Made by a program: the position numbers and the translations under genes. A stretch of 64,000 nucleotides of DNA from Chloroflexota bacterium (GTDB taxonomy: Bacteria; Chloroflexota; Limnocylindria; Limnocylindrales; CSP1-4): the NCBI GenBank assembly GCA_021787395.1, contig JAJYLZ010000008.1, positions 11,290 to 75,289 of the forward strand, written 5' to 3'. Shown one piece after another: positions 57,939-64,000 of this stretch (positions are counted from its first letter, which is position 1; each line of letters starts with the position of its first letter). The notes below the pieces were generated by a model that was given only the letters and a program-made list of their open reading frames with translations, searched no databases and was not told the origin of the DNA.

Positions 57939-58167
57939 GGCGGGATTGTAGGGCCACGGAGCGGTCCCGAGGCGCCGGCCCGGGCAGTTCCCGGGCGCTT
58001 GCCCGGCGGCGCGTCGAGGCGATGCCGGTGCCTCGCAACCTGGGCATTTCTAGGTAGCGGGGAGTCCGAGGCTCCGGCATACTCGCGCCTTCCCGGGGGC
58101 GGAGGCTCCGTCGGCGCTGCGCGCAGCCGCGGTGTCCTGTTCGGCGTCCCGAGCGCGAGGAGGAATC

Positions 58168-59277
58168 ATGAAGCGTCCCATCACCGCGGCGGTCGCGGCG
58201 GCCTGTCTGGTCGCCACGGTCGCGGCCTCGAGCGCCGTGGCGGACAGCCCGGCCTACACCGTCGTCGCGGGCGGCCTGCACAGCCCGCGCGGCCTCTCGT
58301 TCTCGCCCGACGGCACGCTCTACGTCGCCGAGGCCGGCCTCGGCAGCGGGACCACCACCACGCAGCCCGGCTTCGGCTTGACCGGCCGCGTGTCGGCGAT
58401 CGACGGCGCGACGGGCAGCGCGGCGTCGGTCCGCACCGTCCTCGACTCACTGCCCTCGGCCGCCGCCTCCGACGGCACCGTGGGGCCGGCCGGGATCTCT
58501 ACCCAGGGCAACGGCAACATCGACGTCATCATGTCCCTGTCGCAGCAGGAGACCGGTCTGCCGAGCCCGATCGGCCACCTGCTCAAGCTGACGCCCTCGG
58601 GCCAGTCCCGGTCGCTCGCTGACGTGGGGGACTTCGACTACGCGTGGTCGACCGACAACCAGTCGCTCGCCCCGCACGACTTCCCCGACAGCAACCCGTA
58701 CGGCGTGCTCGCCGTCCCGGGCGGCGAGTACGTCGCCGACGCGGGCACCAACACGCTCGACTGGGTGAGCGCGAGCGGCCGGATCTCGGTGCTCGCCTTC
58801 TTCCCCAACAACACGCTGGCCGACGCGACCCCCACCTGCATCGCGCAGGGTCCCGACGGCGCGCTCTACGTGGGCACGCTCGCGTTCGTGGACTCCCTGG
58901 GGTCCATCCTCAACCCGCACCTGCCGCCGCCGCATCCCGCGGCGATCGTCTACCGCGTCGACCCGGCGAACGCCGATCCGTCGAGCCTCACGTCCGTCCT
59001 GACCCTGGCCACCCCGTGGGCGACGTCGCTGTGGCCGATCACCGGCTGCGCGTCCGACGGCACCAACCTGTACGTCTCGGAGTTCATCTCCGGTGTCGGG
59101 CAGACCGGACCGTACGGTGACGTGGTCTCGATCCCGTTCTCGAACCCCTCGGCCCAGACCTCGCTGACCGGCGGCACGCTCGCCTTCCCGGGCGGCGTGG
59201 CGGTGGGGCCCGACGGCAAGGTCTACGTCTCGAACCAGAGCACGTCTAGCAACGGCCAGGTGGTCAGGATCAACTGA
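58168..59277 (+). CDS. secreted ScyD/ScyE-family beta-propeller protein
   Basis: Signal peptide; GLHSPRGL..LYVAEAG, DSNPYG, DAGTN and GPDGALYVG. Confidence 0.8.
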   Translation: MKRPITAAVAAACLVATVAASSAVADSPAYTVVAGGLHSPRGLSFSPDGTLYVAEAGLGSGTTTTQPGFGLTGRVSAIDGATGSAASVRTVLDSLPSAAASDGTVGPAGISTQGNGNIDVIMSLSQQETGLPSPIGHLLKLTPSGQSRSLADVGDFDYAWSTDNQSLAPHDFPDSNPYGVLAVPGGEYVADAGTNTLDWVSASGRISVLAFFPNNTLADATPTCIAQGPDGALYVGTLAFVDSLGSILNPHLPPPHPAAIVYRVDPANADPSSLTSVLTLATPWATSLWPITGCASDGTNLYVSEFISGVGQTGPYGDVVSIPFSNPSAQTSLTGGTLAFPGGVAVGPDGKVYVSNQSTSSNGQVVRIN

Positions 59278-59301
59278 GCCCGGCCGCACGAGCGCGTCCC
59301 C

Positions 59302-59332
59302 GAGGCCGTCCGCCGCACCGGCGGACGGCCTC
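59302..59332 (+). terminator. strong hairpin between convergent genes
   Basis: GAGGCCGTCCGCCG / CGGCGGACGGCCTC inverted repeat. Confidence 0.55.
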
Positions 59333-59406
59333 GCCGCGTCTCGCAGGGCGGACGCCGAGGGCCCCGGGGTCGGGCCGGGCTTCCTGCGGGCGACCCGCGA
59401 GCGGCC

Positions 59407-60081
59407 TCAGCCCTCGGGCGAGCGGCGGCCGATGTGGGCGAAGAACTCCGCCCGCGTCTTGTCGTTGCGGCGGAACAGGCCGAGGACCGCGGCGGTGGTC
59501 ATGACCGTGCCGGGCTTGCGGACGCCGCGCATGGCCGCGCACAGGTGCGTCGCCTCGAGCACGACCCCCACCCCGTCCGGCTGGAGGCGCTCCATGAGCA
59601 GCTCGGCGATCTGCTGGGTCATCCGCTCCTGGACCTGCAGGCGCCGGGCGTACATCTCGACGATCCGGGGGATCTTCGACAGTCCGATCACGCGCCCCTT
59701 CGGGATGTAGGCGACGTGGGCGCGCCCGAAGAAGGGCAGCAGGTGGTGCTCGCACAGCGAGTGGAACTCGATGTCCCTGACCACGACCATCTCGGAGTAC
59801 TCCACCTCGAAGATGGCCCGGTTGATCAGGCGGTCCACGTCCACGTGGTAGCCCGCGGTGAGCTCGCGGTACATGCGGTGCATGCGGGCGGGCGTGTCGA
59901 CGAGGCCCGCCCGGGCGGGGTCCTCGCCGATCTCGATGAGGATCTGGCGGACGGCCGACTCGATCCGGCCGTTCGAGCGGCCGGGCTCCGGCGGCGGCGC
60001 GTCGTCGCCGTCGTCCGTCTCGATCTCGTTGACGATCCGGCGGACGTGGTCGGGCAGGGCGGCGGGGTCGTTGCGCGGCAT
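59407..60081 (-). CDS. folE: GTP cyclohydrolase I
   Basis: [22 protein letters not shown] and HLCAAMRG. Confidence 0.96.
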   Translation of the reverse strand: MPRNDPAALPDHVRRIVNEIETDDGDDAPPPEPGRSNGRIESAVRQILIEIGEDPARAGLVDTPARMHRMYRELTAGYHVDVDRLINRAIFEVEYSEMVVVRDIEFHSLCEHHLLPFFGRAHVAYIPKGRVIGLSKIPRIVEMYARRLQVQERMTQQIAELLMERLQPDGVGVVLEATHLCAAMRGVRKPGTVMTTAAVLGLFRRNDKTRAEFFAHIGRRSPEG

Positions 60082-60154
60082 CGCGCCGATGGTACCCCTC
60101 AGCGGACGGCGTCGGCCCCGACCGGCTCGGGGCGGCCCTCGGCGTCCTCGGGCT

Positions 60155-61261
60155 TCAGGCCTCCACCCCCGCGGCCGTGAAGCCCAGCGCCGGCCGCGGG
60201 TCGTACGGGCGGCCCTCGGCGCCGCGCAGCCAGGTGCGCGCGTTCTCGCCCAGGGCCGGCAGGTAGTAGCCGCCCTCGGCCAGGATCACCAGCCGCTTGC
60301 CCAGCCCGGCCGTCCGCCGGCCGACCTCGTGGTAGACGTCGGTGGTCAGGGCGAAGTCGCCGATCGGGTCCTGCCCGTAGGTGTCGAAGCCGAGCGAGAC
60401 CACCACCACCGAGCCCGGCTCCGACGCGATGCGGTCGAGGCCGCGGTCGAGCGCCGCGAGGTACTGCTCGTTGGTGCAGCCCGGCGGCTGGGGCAGGTTC
60501 AGGTTGGCGCCCGCCCCGTCGCCCTCGCCGGTCTCGTCCTCCCAGCCCAGCACGTACGGGTACTGCCGGTCCGGATGCGCGTGGATCGACACGTACAGCA
60601 CGTCGCCGCGCCGCCAGAAGATCTGCTCGGTGCCGTTGCCGTGGTGGTAGTCCACGTCGAGGATCGAGACGTGCTCGCCGGTCCGGCGGGCGATCTCCTG
60701 GGCCGCGATGGCGGCGTTGTTGAAGTAGCAGAAGCCCCCGTACATCGAGCGCGCCGCGTGGTGGCCGGGGGGCCGGCAGATGCCGTAGGCCGCGGTCTCG
60801 CCGCCGTCGAGGACGAGGTCGACCGTGGTCAGCGCCACGTCGACGGCGGCGCGGGCGGCGGCGTACGTCCCGGCCACGATGGGCGTCGAGGTGTCGAGCG
60901 CCCAGAAGCCGGGCCGGCCGTCCGCGCGCGGCGTCTCGTGGCGGAAGCGGTCCGACATGCCCTCGGTCAGGCCCGCGGCCATGATCGTCTCGGGGATCAG
61001 GTGGTCGTACGGGTGGCGGATCGCCCGCGCGCCCGCCCACGCCTGCTCGAGGAACCGCAGGAGCCCGGGGTCGTGGACCGCGGTGATCGGGCCCTCGCCG
61101 TGCTCGGCGGGCTCGCCGAACTCGAAGCCCCCGTCGGCAAGGAGCGAGGCCCGGATCCGCTCCGCGCGGGCGGCGACCTCGTTGGCCGGGACCTGGACCC
61201 CGAGCACGGTCTGCGTGGTGATGTCGTGGCCGAGGTGGAGCGGTGAGTACACGACGCGCAT
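60155..61261 (-). CDS. histone deacetylase-family amidohydrolase (acetylpolyamine amidohydrolase-like)
   Basis: [28 protein letters not shown] and EGGY. Confidence 0.9.
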   Translation of the reverse strand: MRVVYSPLHLGHDITTQTVLGVQVPANEVAARAERIRASLLADGGFEFGEPAEHGEGPITAVHDPGLLRFLEQAWAGARAIRHPYDHLIPETIMAAGLTEGMSDRFRHETPRADGRPGFWALDTSTPIVAGTYAAARAAVDVALTTVDLVLDGGETAAYGICRPPGHHAARSMYGGFCYFNNAAIAAQEIARRTGEHVSILDVDYHHGNGTEQIFWRRGDVLYVSIHAHPDRQYPYVLGWEDETGEGDGAGANLNLPQPPGCTNEQYLAALDRGLDRIASEPGSVVVVSLGFDTYGQDPIGDFALTTDVYHEVGRRTAGLGKRLVILAEGGYYLPALGENARTWLRGAEGRPYDPRPALGFTAAGVEA

Positions 61262-61392
61262 CGGGGGCCTCTGGGGCGGGGGGCTGGACGTGGAGTGGAT
61301 CGTAGCGGGACGGCCGCGCCGCGGCCTCCCGGGCGCCCGTCGTGCGCGACCACGTCGGCGGGGCCCCGCATCGCGGCTAGGATACGGGCGCG

Positions 61393-61815
61393 ATGGTCAA
61401 GCAACGCCGAGGCTCCAAGGCTGCGCGCCGACGCCCGCGGCCGGCGTCGCACCACGTCGGATTCGACCGCCTCGTGGACCGCGCCATCGCGTCCATCCCG
61501 GCGCAGTTCCGCAGGGCCCTCGACGGCGTGGCGGTCGTGATCGCCGACGAGCCCAGCCGCGAGCAGCGCCGCGAGAACGGCCTCGGCCCCGACGAGACCC
61601 TCTACGGCCTGTACGAGGGCGTGCCCCTGGCCGAGTGGGGCGGCGATTGGGTCCCGGTCCCGACGCGGATCGTCCTGTTCCGCCTGCCGCTCGAGGAGGA
61701 CTTCCCCCACCCCGACGACCTCGCGGAGGAGGTCCGGATCACGCTGCTCCACGAGCTGGCCCACCACCTGGGCATCGAGGACGAGGACCGCCTCCGGGAG
61801 CTCGGGATCGACTAG
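61393..61815 (+). CDS. minimal zincin-like metallopeptidase (DUF1025-like)
   Basis: LYGLYEGVP, RIVLFR and LLHELAHHLG (HExxH). Confidence 0.85.
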   Translation: MVKQRRGSKAARRRPRPASHHVGFDRLVDRAIASIPAQFRRALDGVAVVIADEPSREQRRENGLGPDETLYGLYEGVPLAEWGGDWVPVPTRIVLFRLPLEEDFPHPDDLAEEVRITLLHELAHHLGIEDEDRLRELGID

Positions 61816-61854
61816 GCCGGGACCCGCGGCGGGCCGTCCGGCGCCCGGCCCACT

Positions 61855-63093
61855 CTACCCCAGGGGCATGGCCAGCACGCCGATCACGAGCGACGCGAGC
61901 GCGAGGGCGGCCACGGCCGCGAGGCCCGGCGTGAACCAGGGCTCCCAGGCGCGCCGCCCGCCCAGGGGCCGGCGCCGCCCCAGCTCCAGCCCGCCCGTGT
62001 AGTGCGTGAGCGCGACGAAGGCGTGGACCGCCGGCGCCGCCGCGATCGCCTCGGCGAGCAGGACCAGCGTGCCGTAGGCGAACACGAGGGCGGCGGCAAG
62101 GAGCACGGCGAGGGCCGGCGGGAAGTGGTCCGCCAGGCCCGCTCCCGACACGACCCGGGACACGGTGTCAACGGCGAGGCCAAGCCCGAACTGGACGACC
62201 AGGCCCGAGAGCACGGAGAACAGCGTCACCGCGAACGCCAGCCGCACGCGCGTGCGGGCGAGGCGGACGGACCGGCGCAGTGCCTCGACGGCGCCGGCCT
62301 CCCCCAGCACGATCCCCGGCGTGGCGTAGATGAACGGCATCCCCACCACGATGCCCACCAGCACCGAGACGCCGTAGCCGAGGACGTCCGTGCCGCCGAT
62401 GGCCGCACCGAGCAGGCCGTTGAGCACGAACTCGACGGCCAGCGACAGGGCGCCCACCAGGACCTCGGCGGCGAGGACGGGCCAGAACCGGGCTCGGCTC
62501 ACCGCGATCGACTCCCGGAGCCGGAGGGGCCGCCCCTCGGCCCGTCCGCCGATGATGGCCGTGGCGAGCGCCCTCGCCTCGACACCCCCCGCGATGAAGC
62601 CGAGGGACGCCGGGGCCAGGGCGAGCAGCAGCCACCACGCCCACGCCGGCAGCGGGGTCCCCGGGCCGGCGCCGGCGAGGGCGTCGGCGGCGCCCGACGC
62701 CACCGCGCTGCCGAACAGCGCCACGGCCGGCGCCACCGTCACCAGCAGGATGAGCCCGATGTAGAACGAGGCGCTGCGGAGGCCGGCGTCCGGCCGGGTC
62801 AGCAGGTCGAGCGACATGCCCACCAGCCTGCGGGGCCCGAGCGGGATCGCCAGCACCTCGGCGGTCGGGGGCGGCTGGGGCACGGGCGTGGCCGGCCCCT
62901 CCGGGCCTGACCCGCCGACCCGGAGGAATGCCGGCGGGGGCGGGGGGCCGAAGGCGGGCGGGGGCGGGGGGCGGAGCGGGGATGCGGCCCGGGGCGGTGG
63001 AGCCTCGGCGGAGGAAGGGGAGGTCGACTCGGCCGGGGCCGTCGGCTCGGGCGCCGGCGTCGGCCGTTCGGGCGGCCCCCCGGCGTCCGTCAC
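61855..63093 (-). CDS. polytopic membrane protein of unknown function with Pro-rich N-terminus
   Basis: Multiple TM helices; GTG overlaps the stop of the dehydratase gene. Confidence 0.7.
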   Translation of the reverse strand: MTDAGGPPERPTPAPEPTAPAESTSPSSAEAPPPRAASPLRPPPPPAFGPPPPPAFLRVGGSGPEGPATPVPQPPPTAEVLAIPLGPRRLVGMSLDLLTRPDAGLRSASFYIGLILLVTVAPAVALFGSAVASGAADALAGAGPGTPLPAWAWWLLLALAPASLGFIAGGVEARALATAIIGGRAEGRPLRLRESIAVSRARFWPVLAAEVLVGALSLAVEFVLNGLLGAAIGGTDVLGYGVSVLVGIVVGMPFIYATPGIVLGEAGAVEALRRSVRLARTRVRLAFAVTLFSVLSGLVVQFGLGLAVDTVSRVVSGAGLADHFPPALAVLLAAALVFAYGTLVLLAEAIAAAPAVHAFVALTHYTGGLELGRRRPLGGRRAWEPWFTPGLAAVAALALASLVIGVLAMPLG

Positions 63094-64000
63094 GCCGACG
63101 ATCCCAGGGGGGCGGCGGCGGCGAGCAGCTCGCCCAGGCGCTCCACGGCGACGTTGCCGCCGGACAGGATCACGCACACGCGGTCGCCCTCGCGGAGCGG
63201 CACCGCGCCGGTCAGCACGGCCGCCAGCGCCGCCGCGCCCGCCGGCTCGAGGACCTGCTTGAGCCGGTCCACCGCGAACCGCAGGCCGGCCAGGATGGCG
63301 GCGTCGGGGAGGACCACCACGTCCTCGAGGTAGTGCTTCGCGACCGCGGTCGCCAGGCGCCCGGCAGACGGCGCGTTGAGACCGTCGGCGACGCTGCGCG
63401 GCACCAGCGGCACCGGCGCCCCGGCGGCCAGCGCCCGGCGCAGCGCGTCGGAGCCCTCCGGCTCCACCCCGTAGACGCGGACCCGCGGCCGGCTCTCGCG
63501 GAGCGCGACGGTCACGCCGCCCAGCAGTCCGCCGCCGCCGACCCCGACCACGACGACGTCCACGTCGGGCAGGTCCTCGAGGATCTCCAGGCCGCAGGAC
63601 CCGTTGCCCAGCAGGACCTCCGGGTCGTCGTACGGGTGGACGAGCACGAGGCCGCGATCCTCGCGCAGGCGCTCCAGCCGCTCCAGCGACTCGCCCACGT
63701 GCCGGCCGTGGAGCACCACCTCCGCGCCGTAGCCCAGGCAGGCGGCAACCTTGGACGCGACGGCGTCCTCGGGCATGACCACGGTCATCGGCACCCCGGC
63801 CTCGCGCGCGGCCCACGCGTACGCCTGGCCGGCGTTGCCCGCGGAGATGGTGATCGCGCCGCGCCGCCGCTCGTCGTCGGTCAGCGACGAGATCCTGGCC
63901 AGCGCCGCCCGCGGCTTGAACGACCCCGTCTTCTGGAGGTGCTCGGCCTTGAGGTACAGCTGGCCGTCGGCGAGGCGGACGCCCCGGGCGGCGCCGGCGA
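63090..64000 (-). CDS. PLP-dependent threonine/serine dehydratase (5' end outside window)
   Basis: KAEHLQKTGSFK, SAGN, GVGGGGL, ADGL and EPAGAAA. Confidence 0.9.
   Translation of the reverse strand, partial: AGAARGVRLADGQLYLKAEHLQKTGSFKPRAALARISSLTDDERRRGAITISAGNAGQAYAWAAREAGVPMTVVMPEDAVASKVAACLGYGAEVVLHGRHVGESLERLERLREDRGLVLVHPYDDPEVLLGNGSCGLEILEDLPDVDVVVVGVGGGGLLGGVTVALRESRPRVRVYGVEPEGSDALRRALAAGAPVPLVPRSVADGLNAPSAGRLATAVAKHYLEDVVVLPDAAILAGLRFAVDRLKQVLEPAGAAALAAVLTGAVPLREGDRVCVILSGGNVAVERLGELLAAAAPLGSSA

Overview
High-GC bacterial chromosomal segment. Gene content and style resemble high-GC Chloroflexota/Actinomycetota, but taxonomy cannot be established from this window. No transposase, integrase, prophage or CRISPR array was seen. 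Main contents in order: a promoter-driven, heavily base-paired ~170-210 nt RNA ahead of an ABC-2 exporter; rsgA, a GNAT, a YbhB-type lipoprotein and an MBL hydrolase; a complete form II (AYRGAGR) coxSLM molybdoenzyme cluster with accessory genes; two ECF sigma/anti-sigma pairs flanking a TPR-rhomboid and an SRAP gene; an M16 peptidase pair; carAB under two tandem PyrR-type sites plus a coupled leader ORF; an OmpR-family two-component locus whose neighbouring transcription units each carry a TCTCAG-N5-TCTCAG (MprA-type) box; a group 1 [NiFe]-hydrogenase-like operon beside tRNA-Lys(CTT); thiolase/hbd/meaB/B12-binding genes; folE and others. The strongest novelty candidate is the hydrogenase-like operon. 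It keeps all four NiFe cysteines but has replaced the proton-transfer Glu, a canopy Asp and CO-pocket residues, has atypical FeS ligand motifs, and ends in a membrane-anchored seven-heme cytochrome c. Next are the unassigned structured RNA at 80-250 and the four-box local regulon with decayed flavinylation/efflux genes. All family assignments come from motifs read by eye and from recall of the families; no database search was run.
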